From assembly GCA_938004865.1 (NCBI GenBank), contig CALKVT010000150.1:1-50686 (forward strand): 50,686 bases of DNA, read 5' to 3'. The notes under the pieces are model-generated. The model was not told the DNA's origin. It made no database searches and saw only the letters and a program-made list of their open reading frames with translations. Both the position numbers and the translations under genes were made by a program. Origin of the DNA: an uncultured Myxococcales bacterium. Lineage in GTDB: Bacteria; Myxococcota_A; Polyangia; Haliangiales; Haliangiaceae. This document shows, in pieces, positions 33,112 to 43,250 of the stretch (positions within the stretch are counted from its first letter, which is position 1; the number at the start of each line of letters is the position of its first letter).

Positions 33112-33719
33112 ACACCCTCCCTTGCCGGTGCGTCCTCGGCGAGCTCGGCGACGTACGCCGAGAGCACCGGGTCGCGACCGGCGAGACGATCGAGCTCCTT
33201 GCGTGCGCGCCACACGCGAGTCTTCACGGCCGACAGGGAGGAATCGGTGAGCTCGGCGACTTCTTGCAGCGACTTGCCGTCGACGACGGCGAGCGCGAAC
33301 GCGATGCGATGGACGGGATCGATCTTGTCGAGGGCCGCGTAGAGGCGGCGCGCGGCCTCGCGGGCCAGCGCGATGCGCTCGGCGTCGGGTGACGGCGCGG
33401 GCAGATCGTCGGAGAGCTCCACCATCGGGCGGCGGCGGCCACGCAGGTGACCGAGCGCGACGTGGGACGCGATCGCGCAGCACCAGGTCACGAGGCTCGA
33501 CCGCGCGGCGTAGCGCTTCATCGAGCGGAAGACCTCGAGGAAGGTCTCCTGCAGCACGTCCTCCATGTCCTGGTTCGAACCCAGGATCCGGTAGAGCGTG
33601 TGGTGAACGGCGGCGCGCGTCATCTGGAAGAGCTCCCTCTGCGCCGCGCGGTCTCCGCCCACGCACCGAGCTGCAAGCTCGGCGTCGCGGCTACGGGCGG
33701 CCGGCGCGGGGGAGGTCAC
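33108..33719 (-). CDS. ECF (RpoE-like) sigma-70 family RNA polymerase sigma factor
   Basis: Sigma region 2 ([15 protein letters not shown]) and region 4 HTH ([27 protein letters not shown]). Confidence 0.85.
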   Translation of the reverse strand: MTSPAPAARSRDAELAARCVGGDRAAQRELFQMTRAAVHHTLYRILGSNQDMEDVLQETFLEVFRSMKRYAARSSLVTWCCAIASHVALGHLRGRRRPMVELSDDLPAPSPDAERIALAREAARRLYAALDKIDPVHRIAFALAVVDGKSLQEVAELTDSSLSAVKTRVWRARKELDRLAGRDPVLSAYVAELAEDAPAREGV

Positions 33720-33750
33720 TGCTTCGTTAGTGACGGGGCGCGGAGAAAAG

Positions 33751-34764
33751 TCACCGCAGGACGAAGCCGACCCGCACCAGGCCCCTGGGTTCGATGTGGG
33801 CAGGTGTAATCAACCGCATGTTGCGGTCCTGTAGCTTCTGGGACGTCAGGACGTAGGTCGCGCCGACCTCGGCCGCGACCACCAGCCGGTCCAGCCGCGC
33901 GGGGCGCCACTCGAGGAGCCCCGCCGCGTCCAGTCCCGGGGCGAGGTCACTCGCGACGAACGTGCGCGCCATGTCGTCGGCGCCCTTGAACGAGCTGCGT
34001 ACCAGGACGATGCCGGCGCCGGGGTACGCGGTCAGCCCGGCGGTCATCGGCACCGGCAGCCGCGCGTGCGCGCTCAGCTCGACGGTGGAGAGGTCACCGC
34101 TGGCGACGTTGTCGGCGGTCGCGCGCGCAGGTCCGAGCTCGAAGCCGAGCGCCAGATCGATCGGTCCCGTGCGCGCGACCACACCGATGGACGCGCGGAA
34201 CGAGGCGCGGCCGTCGTCGGCGATGTTGCCGCGCGCGCCGGTCGAGGCCTCGACCCGCAGGCGGGGCGGTGCCAGCGGCGCGGGGACCACAGGCACGAGC
34301 ACGGAGACCCCTCCCTCGGACGGCGGCGGGGCATCGACCGGCCCGTCGGGCGGATCGTCCATCGAGCTGGTCGGCGGCGCGCCGAGGTGCATCCACGTCT
34401 TGATCGAGAGGGCGAGCGCCGCGGCGCTCGCGTCGTCGAGCTTCGCAGGGATGTCGCGGCGCTCGCCGACCCCCGCGCCGGCGTCCCAGAGCACGAGCTC
34501 GTCGTCGTCGGCCCACACCACGAAGCCCGCGCCTTGCGCCAGCGCCAGCTCCGCCGGCGTACCCGACGCGAGCTGGACGACGATGATCTTCACGCGCCAC
34601 GGTGCCAGCGACGTGCGCACCGCCGCATCGAGCGCGGGCGGCGGCGACACCAGCACCAGCGTCTCGGCGCCGGCACGATTCGACGCGAACGCGGTCGCGC
34701 ACGCGCAGATGAGTGCGACTGCCGGGAGGAGGCGGCGCAGGAGCACGTCCCCATCGTAGCGCAC
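33751..34764 (-). CDS. Hypothetical secreted protein (possible outer-membrane beta-barrel)
   Basis: Signal peptide MRYDGDVLLRRLLPAVALICACATAFA. C-terminal alternating beta pattern. First gene of the probable ECF operon. Confidence 0.5.
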   Translation of the reverse strand: MRYDGDVLLRRLLPAVALICACATAFASNRAGAETLVLVSPPPALDAAVRTSLAPWRVKIIVVQLASGTPAELALAQGAGFVVWADDDELVLWDAGAGVGERRDIPAKLDDASAAALALSIKTWMHLGAPPTSSMDDPPDGPVDAPPPSEGGVSVLVPVVPAPLAPPRLRVEASTGARGNIADDGRASFRASIGVVARTGPIDLALGFELGPARATADNVASGDLSTVELSAHARLPVPMTAGLTAYPGAGIVLVRSSFKGADDMARTFVASDLAPGLDAAGLLEWRPARLDRLVVAAEVGATYVLTSQKLQDRNMRLITPAHIEPRGLVRVGFVLR

Positions 34765-34817
34765 GGCGCGCGCGTGGGGACGCGAGATGCCTCACGTTCC
34801 CCGCGCCGTACCGCCGC

Positions 34818-35444
34818 TCACATCCGCGTCGGCGAGAACTGCGCCGGGTGCTGCACGATGATGCCGTTGCTCAGGAAGTCGGCGAGCCCGGTGGCATGGC
34901 TGCGCAGTCGCTCGTACGCGGCGAGCTCGACCTCCCAGTTCCGGATCGATCGGCCGGCGATCTCCGCCATCGTCAGCTCGAGGTACGTGAGCAGTCGGTC
35001 CTCGAGCTCCGCGGCGTCCCAGCCCGGGTTGAGGGTGGCGAGGTATGCCGAGACTTGCTGCGCGCTCCCGACCCAGTGGGCGCGTGTGCGCGGCACGGCC
35101 TCGACGTCCCCCTCGCTGATGATGCGCACGAGGTCGACGGTGATCGTCGCATGGGTGCTCAGGCGCGCGGCGAGCTCGCGGCTCGCGTCGGCCCCGTAGT
35201 ACGGCGTGAACGCGTCCGCCAGCGCCGCCTGGTGGCCGAGGAAGGCCTCCGTCACCGGGAACTGGTCGGGGCTCATGGCGAGCGTGCTGATGATGAAGTT
35301 GCGCGTGAAGATCAGCTGGTCGTCCCAGAGGCGACGCATCTCGATCCGCAGCTCGCCGGGTGTCCTCGGCGGTAGATCGGCGCGAGCGGCTCCGATCGCG
35401 GCGCCGAAAGCGAGTACGAGCGTGATGACGATGGTCTTGCGCAT
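34818..35444 (-). CDS. Hypothetical secreted helical protein
   Basis: Signal peptide MRKTIVITLVLAFGAAIGAARA with AGGAGA RBS. Confidence 0.5.
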   Translation of the reverse strand: MRKTIVITLVLAFGAAIGAARADLPPRTPGELRIEMRRLWDDQLIFTRNFIISTLAMSPDQFPVTEAFLGHQAALADAFTPYYGADASRELAARLSTHATITVDLVRIISEGDVEAVPRTRAHWVGSAQQVSAYLATLNPGWDAAELEDRLLTYLELTMAEIAGRSIRNWEVELAAYERLRSHATGLADFLSNGIIVQHPAQFSPTRM

Positions 35445-35498
35445 GGCCCGGTCTCCTGCTCGAGAGCAGATGCACGGCATGCGCCACCCGGCACGCGG

Positions 35499-37379
35499 CT
35501 ACGAGGCGGGGACGACCGCGGCGAGGATGGTCGCGGCGTCGCACGGCTTCTGCAGCAGGCGGACGGCGCCGCTCGCCACCAGCTCGTCGATGCGCGTCGT
35601 CGACGCGCCACCGGTGACGAAGGTGAAGCGACGCGCGTACTCGGGGCGCCGCGTGATCAGCTGGTCGTAGAGATCCGGGCCGGAGAGCCCCGGCATGTTG
35701 ATGTCGCAGAGCACGTGGTCCGCGAGCTCGCCCTCGGCGAGCGCCGCCAGCGCCTCGCGTGGATACGTGAACGTCTCGACGTCGTGGTGCGCCGACAGGA
35801 GCGCGGCGAGCGAGCGTGCCACGAGCCTGTCGTCGTCGATGACGACCACGCGCCGGCGCGTGCCGGAGGCCGCTGCTGGGGCCTCGGGCGCGGACGGCGC
35901 ACGGATCGTGGCCACCGGCAGACGTACCTCCATGCCCGTGCCGCGGCCCGAGCGCGCCGAGGCCGTGATCGTTCCACCCAGCTCGGTGACGATGCCCTTG
36001 CAGATCGAGAGGCCGAGCCCGGTGCCGGCGCCACGCGGCTTGGTCGTGAACAGCGGCTCGAAGATGCGCGCGAGGAGCGCCTCGTCGATGCCGCGCCCGT
36101 TGTCGGCGACGGTGATGGCGACGTGGTCGGCGTCTGCTGCGATCGTGATCTCGATCCGGTTGTCGGCGTGTGGCTCGTCGAAGGCGTCGGCGGCGTTGAG
36201 CAAGAGGTTGACGAACACCTGGCTCAGGCGACCCGGGTTGGCCAGCACCGGCGAGACGTCGTCGTAGGACCGGACGATCTCGGCGCGCTCGCCGACCGCG
36301 GCGCCGGCGAGCTTGAGCGCGGTGTCCATGACCTCGACCACCGAGATCACCGAGGCCTCGTGGTCGTGGCGCGCGACCGAGAGCAGGTCGCGCACGATCG
36401 TGCGGACGCGTTCGCCGCCGTCGCGCGCGGCGGCGAGCAGCTCGTTCACGCGCTGGCGGGCGCCGCGGTCCGGCACCGCCTCGGGCAGCATCTCCTCGAG
36501 GCGCTCGAGGTGGAGCAGGAGATAGGTGAGCGGGTTGTTGACCTCGTGCGCGACGCTGGCGGCGAGCAACCCGATCGACGCGAGGCGATCGGCGCGCATG
36601 AGCTCGGCCTGCCACGCGCGCCGCTCGGCGGTGTCGCGGCCGAACGACAGGGTCGCGCGCCGGCCGTCGTAGACGATCGGCGTCGTCGAGATCTCCATCA
36701 CCGCGACCGAGCCGTCCTTCTTCCGTCCGCGGTACTCGCGCGGCATCAGGCGCTCGCCGCGCATGATGCGACCGATGCGCTCGCCCATGTCGCGCATCTC
36801 CTCGGGATCGATGAGGAGCTGGCCGAGCGGGCGGGCCATGAGCTCCTCCGGCGTGTCGAAGCCGAGCACGGTCGCCGCGGCGGGGTTGGCGTAGAGGAAG
36901 CGCCCGTCGGCGATGACCGTGATCGAGTCGGCGGAGGCCTCGGCGACGGTGCGGAATCGCTGCTCCGACTCGCGCAACGCCGTCGCGACGCGATGGCGTT
37001 CGCGGATGTCGCGGACGAAGCTGTAGGTGAGCGTGCCATCCGCGGTCGGGACGTTGCCCATCGACACCTCGACCGGGATCGAGGTGCCGTCCTTGCGACG
37101 GAGCTCCGTCTCGATGGTGGCGGGGTGGCGTCCGTCGCGATGGAACGCCTGTCGCATCTCCTCGATCCGCGCGCGCTCCGGTGCCGCGACGAGCGCGGTC
37201 GGGGGGACCCGGCTCAGCTCGTCGGCGCTGTAGCCGGCGAGGTCGCAGAACGTCCGGTTCGAGTAGACGCGCTCGAGCGTCGTGCCGCGGATCCGGATGA
37301 TCGTCAGGCCGAGCCCGGCGCGCTCGACGGCGTCGAGCAGGCCCCGGCCGAGCTCGGCTGGGTCGCAGGGAGGATCCAC
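35499..37379 (-). CDS. Hybrid sensor histidine kinase: 2-3 PAS domains + HisKA + HATPase_c + C-terminal receiver
   Basis: H-box SVAHEVNNPLTYLL. ATPase N/G boxes (NLLLNAADAF, DNGRGI, GTGLGLS). REC domain VVVIDDD...DINMPGLSG. The annotated start overlaps the cobA 3' end by 76 nt. Confidence 0.85.
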   Translation of the reverse strand: MDPPCDPAELGRGLLDAVERAGLGLTIIRIRGTTLERVYSNRTFCDLAGYSADELSRVPPTALVAAPERARIEEMRQAFHRDGRHPATIETELRRKDGTSIPVEVSMGNVPTADGTLTYSFVRDIRERHRVATALRESEQRFRTVAEASADSITVIADGRFLYANPAAATVLGFDTPEELMARPLGQLLIDPEEMRDMGERIGRIMRGERLMPREYRGRKKDGSVAVMEISTTPIVYDGRRATLSFGRDTAERRAWQAELMRADRLASIGLLAASVAHEVNNPLTYLLLHLERLEEMLPEAVPDRGARQRVNELLAAARDGGERVRTIVRDLLSVARHDHEASVISVVEVMDTALKLAGAAVGERAEIVRSYDDVSPVLANPGRLSQVFVNLLLNAADAFDEPHADNRIEITIAADADHVAITVADNGRGIDEALLARIFEPLFTTKPRGAGTGLGLSICKGIVTELGGTITASARSGRGTGMEVRLPVATIRAPSAPEAPAAASGTRRRVVVIDDDRLVARSLAALLSAHHDVETFTYPREALAALAEGELADHVLCDINMPGLSGPDLYDQLITRRPEYARRFTFVTGGASTTRIDELVASGAVRLLQKPCDAATILAAVVPAS

Positions 37380-38113
37380 GGCGGTCGATGATACGCGATG
37401 TCGGCGGCGACCCCGACCACGGAGCCGATCACGAGCACGCCCGGTGCTTCCGGATCATCGATGCCGGCGGCTCCGAGATTTTCCAGTGTGCCCGTCCACG
37501 CCGCCTGCGTCGGGTGCGAGGCCGAGAGCACGAGGGCGGCCGGCGTCGCGGCGTCCCAGCCGCGCGCGAGCAGGTAGGTGGCGAGGTCGCTGCGGCCGCG
37601 CACGCCCATCAGCACGACCAGGGTCGCGGCGCCGGGGCGCAGGCCGTCGAGGATCGGCGTGTACGCCGCCGGTGCGTGGCCGCTGACCACGACGAAGCCG
37701 GCGGCGAGCCCGCGATGCGTCACCGGGACGCCGGCGAGCGCAGGCGCCGCGATCGCCGAGCTGACCCCGGGGACGACCTCGAACGGGATCCCGGCCTCGG
37801 TGAGCGCGAGCGCCTCCTCGCCGCCCCGGCCGAAGACGAACGGGTCGCCACACTTGAGGCGGACGACGTGCTGGCCGCGCTTCGCGGCGCGGATCATGAG
37901 CGCGTGGATGCCGTCCTGCGTGATCGAGTGGCGGCCGGCGCGCTTGCCGACGAAGAAGCGGCGGGCGCGCGGCGCGAGCGCGAGCAGGTCGGCGGAGACC
38001 AGCGCGTCGTTGAGCACGAGGTCGGCGCGGGCCAGACGGTCGAGGGCGCGGCGGGTGAGCAGATCGGGGTCGCCCGGACCGGCGCCGACGAGCGAGATGA
38101 AGCCCAGGCTCAT
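37304..38113 (-). CDS. cobA: Uroporphyrinogen-III C-methyltransferase (SUMT; CysG C-terminal domain homolog)
   Basis: [29 protein letters not shown] and [12 protein letters not shown] motifs. GAGGAGG RBS. ATGA overlap with the upstream gene. Confidence 0.8.
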   Translation of the reverse strand: MSLGFISLVGAGPGDPDLLTRRALDRLARADLVLNDALVSADLLALAPRARRFFVGKRAGRHSITQDGIHALMIRAAKRGQHVVRLKCGDPFVFGRGGEEALALTEAGIPFEVVPGVSSAIAAPALAGVPVTHRGLAAGFVVVSGHAPAAYTPILDGLRPGAATLVVLMGVRGRSDLATYLLARGWDAATPAALVLSASHPTQAAWTGTLENLGAAGIDDPEAPGVLVIGSVVGVAADIAYHRPPWILPATQPSSAGACSTPSSAPGSA

Positions 38114-38700
38114 GATCGTTCCTCCTCGCGGGCGGCCGCGGTCCGCGCGGCGATGAGCGCGTCGAGCAGGTGCGCCCGGCGCAGGGCGATCGGGGTCGCG
38201 TTGCGCTTCCAGTTGGCGCGATACGCGCGCGCGACCTCGAGCCACGCGTCGAGCTCCTCGGGCAGCGCGGCGTCGAGCGCCTCGCGCAGGAGGCCGGTGA
38301 GCGCCGGCGCGGCGCCGCCGGTCGAGATCGCGACGGTGACGTCGCCGCGGCGGATCACGCCGCCGAGGTACGCCGACGCCGAGGCGGTGTCGTCCACCGC
38401 GTTGACGAACAGGTTGCGCGGCGCGGCGGCCGCGGCGACCGCGCGGTTCACCTCGGGCGTCGCCGCCGCGACGACGAAGCGCACGCCGTCGAGGTCGCGC
38501 TCGACGAACTCGCGCTCGACCCGCTCGACGCCGTCGCGCTGGCACGCGGACGAGATCGCGGGCGCCACCACCGTGGGGCGCGCGCCCGCCGCGAGGAGGC
38601 CGTCGAGCTTGCCGGCGGCGACGGCGCCGCCCCCCACGACGAGCACACGCTCGCCCTCGAGGCGCAGGAACACGGGGTAGACCTTGGCGGCTTCGCTCAC
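38110..38700 (-). CDS. Precorrin-2 dehydrogenase / sirohydrochlorin ferrochelatase (siroheme synthase N-terminal domain, SirC/Met8-like)
   Basis: Rossmann [13 protein letters not shown]. CysG-N-like fold. GTG start overlapping the cysH stop (GTGA). Confidence 0.7.
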   Translation of the reverse strand: MSEAAKVYPVFLRLEGERVLVVGGGAVAAGKLDGLLAAGARPTVVAPAISSACQRDGVERVEREFVERDLDGVRFVVAAATPEVNRAVAAAAAPRNLFVNAVDDTASASAYLGGVIRRGDVTVAISTGGAAPALTGLLREALDAALPEELDAWLEVARAYRANWKRNATPIALRRAHLLDALIAARTAAAREEERS

Positions 38701-39422
38701 GACGCGTGCTCCCTGGTCTCGGCGACGTGCAACCCGCACTCGGTCTTCACGCTGCCGCGCCAGCGGCCGTTGCGTGGGTCCTCGCCGGCGCCGACCGGCG
38801 ACGTGCATGGCGCGCAGCCGATCGACGGGTACCCCTGCTGGTGCAGCGGGTTGGTGGGGACGTCGTGCAGGTAGAGGTGGGCCCACACGTCGTCGTGGGT
38901 CCAGTGCGCGATGGGGTTCACCTTGACCAAGCCGGGACGTCGGTCGCGCTCGACCATCTTCGCGTGCGCGCGGTCCGGCGTCTGGTCGCGGCGGATCCCG
39001 GTCACCCACGCGGTGAGGCCGTCGAGCGCCGCGCCGAGCGGGATGACCTTGCGAAGGTGGCAGCAGCGATCGGGGGCACGCTTCCACAGCTCGGCGCCGT
39101 GCGCCGCCGCTTGCTCCTCGATCGACTGCGCCGGCCGCATGGCCCGCACCTTGATGCCGTAGCGCGCCTCGACGTCGCGCCACAGGGCGTAGGTCTCGGG
39201 GAAGAACACGCCGGTGTCGAGCGTGAAGACGTCGATCGGTAACCGGTTGCGCGCGATCAGATCGACGAGGACGAGGTCCTCGGGACCGAAGCTGCAGGCG
39301 AGGGCGAGCCTCCTCCCGAAGCGGGCGACCGCCCATTCGAGCGTCGCGACCGGATCGGCGGCCTCGAGGAGCGCGGCGGCGCCGCTCAGCTCCTCGTCGG
39401 TGGGCGCAGCCGTTTCCGCCAT
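38697..39422 (-). CDS. cysH: Phosphoadenosine phosphosulfate (PAPS/APS) reductase
   Basis: PAPS reductase family N-terminus (LALACSFGPEDLVLVDL). C-terminal CC...C cluster typical of APS/PAPS reductases. First gene of the cysH-sirC-cobA operon. Confidence 0.8.
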   Translation of the reverse strand: MAETAAPTDEELSGAAALLEAADPVATLEWAVARFGRRLALACSFGPEDLVLVDLIARNRLPIDVFTLDTGVFFPETYALWRDVEARYGIKVRAMRPAQSIEEQAAAHGAELWKRAPDRCCHLRKVIPLGAALDGLTAWVTGIRRDQTPDRAHAKMVERDRRPGLVKVNPIAHWTHDDVWAHLYLHDVPTNPLHQQGYPSIGCAPCTSPVGAGEDPRNGRWRGSVKTECGLHVAETREHAS

Positions 39423-39463
39423 GTTGGATACATGTCTACCACGGCGGATGCCCGGACTGTCAA

Positions 39464-39850
39464 CTATAAAGGATGAGCGTCTGCTATCGCGGAACGAGAT
39501 TCAGGCCGCATCAGGCGCTCGATCACCGAGAACGTGCGCGCCGTGGGCTGGATCCAGGCGACAGCGAAACCCGCCGGTGTTCCGCGCGAAACCCGCACGA
39601 CACGCGCCTCCTGGACGGTCTCGACCGTGCCCGCGGCGATGTGCACGCGCACGGTCTCCCCGACCGAGACCTCGTCGCCCGAGTGGAGGAGGAACGCGCC
39701 GCCGAGCGAGACGTTGTTGACGCTGACGACGACGACCTGGCTGCCCCATTCGAGCTCGACCTGCGCGAGGACATCCTTGCGCACGTGCACGCGTCGTTCG
39801 GCACCGGGTGGCGGAGGAGGAAAGGCGCTCACGTCGATCGATTCGAACAC
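39464..39850 (-). CDS. PilZ domain protein (c-di-GMP binding)
   Basis: RxxxR (ERRVHVRKD) and (D/N)xSxGG (NVSLGGAFL) motifs. 128 aa. Confidence 0.55.
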   Translation of the reverse strand: MFESIDVSAFPPPPPGAERRVHVRKDVLAQVELEWGSQVVVVSVNNVSLGGAFLLHSGDEVSVGETVRVHIAAGTVETVQEARVVRVSRGTPAGFAVAWIQPTARTFSVIERLMRPESRSAIADAHPL

Positions 39851-39911
39851 AGCGGCGGCGCGTGAAGGGGTGCCGCCGGGGTAATTCGTGCGCGGCGCGC
39901 GCTCCCGCGTC

Positions 39912-41504
<1,593 letters not shown>

Positions 41505-41558
41505 CGGGGCGGCGCAATCTAGCAGAATGCGCCGGCGGGGAGATGCTACACATGGGGG

Positions 41559-41933
41559 ATGTCGGAGTCGTCCCCCCTCAGCATCGGTGAGGCCGAAGAG
41601 ATGCTCGACGGGCTCCCGCTCGTCGCGGTGCTGTCGGGCTCGATCGAGGAGATGAAGCGCATGCGCGCGCAGTGCCTCGCCGCCGGCATCCCCGTGCTGA
41701 TGGGATGCCCGCCCGGCGCCGGCAAGGGTTGAGGGACCAAGACACACCTCCTGGTCGAGGAGGACGACATCCCGGCGGTCGCGCAGCTGATGCGCGGCGC
41801 GTGGCACGAGTCGGTCTCGCGTGAAGGGCTCGCCCCGGTCGCGCGGGCCTCGGCGGAGGCGTGCCCTGCGTGCGGGGCGACCGGCGAGCTGGTCGCCGGC
41901 GCGTGCCCGGACTGCGGGCTTCAGCTCGCCTGA
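41559..41933 (+). CDS. Small DUF2007-like protein with C-terminal zinc ribbon, interrupted by in-frame TGA at 41730-41732 (candidate Sec/readthrough, or pseudogene)
   Basis: Continuous GC3-rich frame on both sides of the TGA: MSESSPLSIGEAEEMLDGLPLVAVLSGSIEEMKRMRAQCLAAGIPVLMGCPPGAGKG[TGA]GTKTHLLVEEDDIPAVAQLMRGAWHESVSREGLAPVARASAEACPACGATGELVAGACPDCGLQLA*. It resembles DUF2007 (LVxV...EA..L...L...GIP..L......GG..L.VxEED...A) plus a CPxCG...CPDCG ribbon. No start codon exists for an independent downstream half. Hairpin cctcc-UGGUCGA-ggagg at 41747-41763 lies 15 nt after the TGA. Confidence 0.4.
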
Positions 41934-41945
41934 GCCGTCCCTCTC

Positions 41946-42371
41946 TCACGAGCCTGCATGGCCTGCGCTCCCGATCCGGCGCCGCGCATCGGGTGCGCGG
42001 TCGGGATCGAGCTCCCAGGCGAGCAGGGTGACGAGCAGCGCCGCGAGCATGGTCGCGGGCTGCAACCACGAGACGGCGCCGATGATCGCGATCTGCGTGG
42101 CGATCCAGCCCGTGACGATCATGGCGGCGCCGAGCGAGGCGGGCCGCGCGTAGGGCCTGTCGGCCAGGACCGCGGCGGCGGCGGCGATGCAGGACCCGCC
42201 GACGACGAGGAACAGGATCGCGCCCGGGACGAAGTACGTCGAGAACGGGCTGCCGGCGAGCCACTCGGTCGGGACGCCGCCGGCGCCGGCCATGCCATAG
42301 ATGCCGCCGCCGAACGCGTTGAACGCGATGAAGGCGAGGAGCGCGCCGAGGGTGTAGCGAATGGCCGCCAT
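41946..42371 (-). CDS. Hypothetical small membrane protein (4 TM)
   Basis: MAAIRYTLGALLAFIAFNAFGGG... hydrophobic helices. Internal ATG chosen as the start. Confidence 0.4.
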   Translation of the reverse strand: MAAIRYTLGALLAFIAFNAFGGGIYGMAGAGGVPTEWLAGSPFSTYFVPGAILFLVVGGSCIAAAAAVLADRPYARPASLGAAMIVTGWIATQIAIIGAVSWLQPATMLAALLVTLLAWELDPDRAPDARRRIGSAGHAGS

Positions 42372-42431
42372 GTCGGGACGAGGAGCAAGACTCGGGCCGC
42401 CTGGGAACCGGACTTGCACGGGTGACGAGAC

Positions 42432-43196
42432 ATGCTCAGCACGGCGGAGATCCTCGAGCACTGGGCGAAGCATGGGCGCGGTCCGGTCGCGTCGGTCTTC
42501 CGACGCGCTGCGACGAGCGCCATCGGCACCTATGGTGCTTACGTCGGCTACGGGTTGATGCACGCCGCGCTACGCGAGCCCTTCCGTGGCGCCGAGGCGT
42601 TCGAGCCGTTGCCCGGCGACGGGCTCGTCGGCCTCCCCGACACCGAGAAGACGTTCGTCATCGACATCGCGGCGCCGCGCGAGGTCGTCTGGCGCTACCT
42701 CGTGCAGATGGGCTACGGGCGCGCCGGCTGGTACGGCTGGTATCCCATGGAGAACGGTGGGCGCGGCAGCGCCGACGTGATCCTCGAGGAGTGGCAGGGC
42801 CTCGCCGTCGGAGACCTCATCCCCGACGGGCCGCGCGCCGGCGAGGGCCGCGGCGTTTGGCGCGTCGTCGAGCTCGAGCGCGACGTGATGATGGTCCTGT
42901 TCTCGCGCCGGGTCGCCACCGATGGACGGGAGATCGCCGCGGGGACGGCGACGCACGAACCGACGATCGAGTGCAGCTGGGCGTTCGTCCTGCGTCCCAC
43001 GCCGCGCGGATGCCGGCTGGTGGTGCGCGTACGGGTGCGCTTCCTCGCGATCGATCGCGGCCTCTCCGGGCGCGTGCTACGCCGCTTCTTCGACCTCGGG
43101 GACACCGTCATGGAGTGGACGATGCTCGGCGGCATCAAGACCCGCGCCGAGCACGCCCGCGACCCCGACGCCTCCCGAGTACCTCCCCGAGATTAG
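42432..43196 (+). CDS. SRPBCC-superfamily (polyketide cyclase/START-like) protein
   Basis: Size, Trp/Tyr-rich beta-grip pattern (VIDIAAPREVVWRYL..., RVVELERDVMMVLFSR). Low-confidence family call. Confidence 0.45.
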   Translation: MLSTAEILEHWAKHGRGPVASVFRRAATSAIGTYGAYVGYGLMHAALREPFRGAEAFEPLPGDGLVGLPDTEKTFVIDIAAPREVVWRYLVQMGYGRAGWYGWYPMENGGRGSADVILEEWQGLAVGDLIPDGPRAGEGRGVWRVVELERDVMMVLFSRRVATDGREIAAGTATHEPTIECSWAFVLRPTPRGCRLVVRVRVRFLAIDRGLSGRVLRRFFDLGDTVMEWTMLGGIKTRAEHARDPDASRVPPRD

Positions 43197-43250
43197 TGAG
43201 ATCCTGGCAGGTTGTAAAGACGCGCGTCGTGTCCAGAATGGGCGGCTCCC

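Noticed and set aside
39423-39463. TTGACA box (39458-39463 on minus) immediately after the PilZ stop codon as a cysH promoter
   Set aside because: The -35 is perfect, but the best -10 candidates (TAGACA/GGTAGA) are poor, and the ATG would be almost leaderless. It cannot be supported beyond chance without TSS data.
41730-41732. TGA in the DUF2007-like gene as definite selenocysteine
   Set aside because: Not rejected outright, but downgraded. The DUF2007 family is not known to contain Sec, the flanking context (GKG_GT) is not a redox motif, and a single-nucleotide change from GGA would produce it. A pseudogene or sequencing error is at least as likely.
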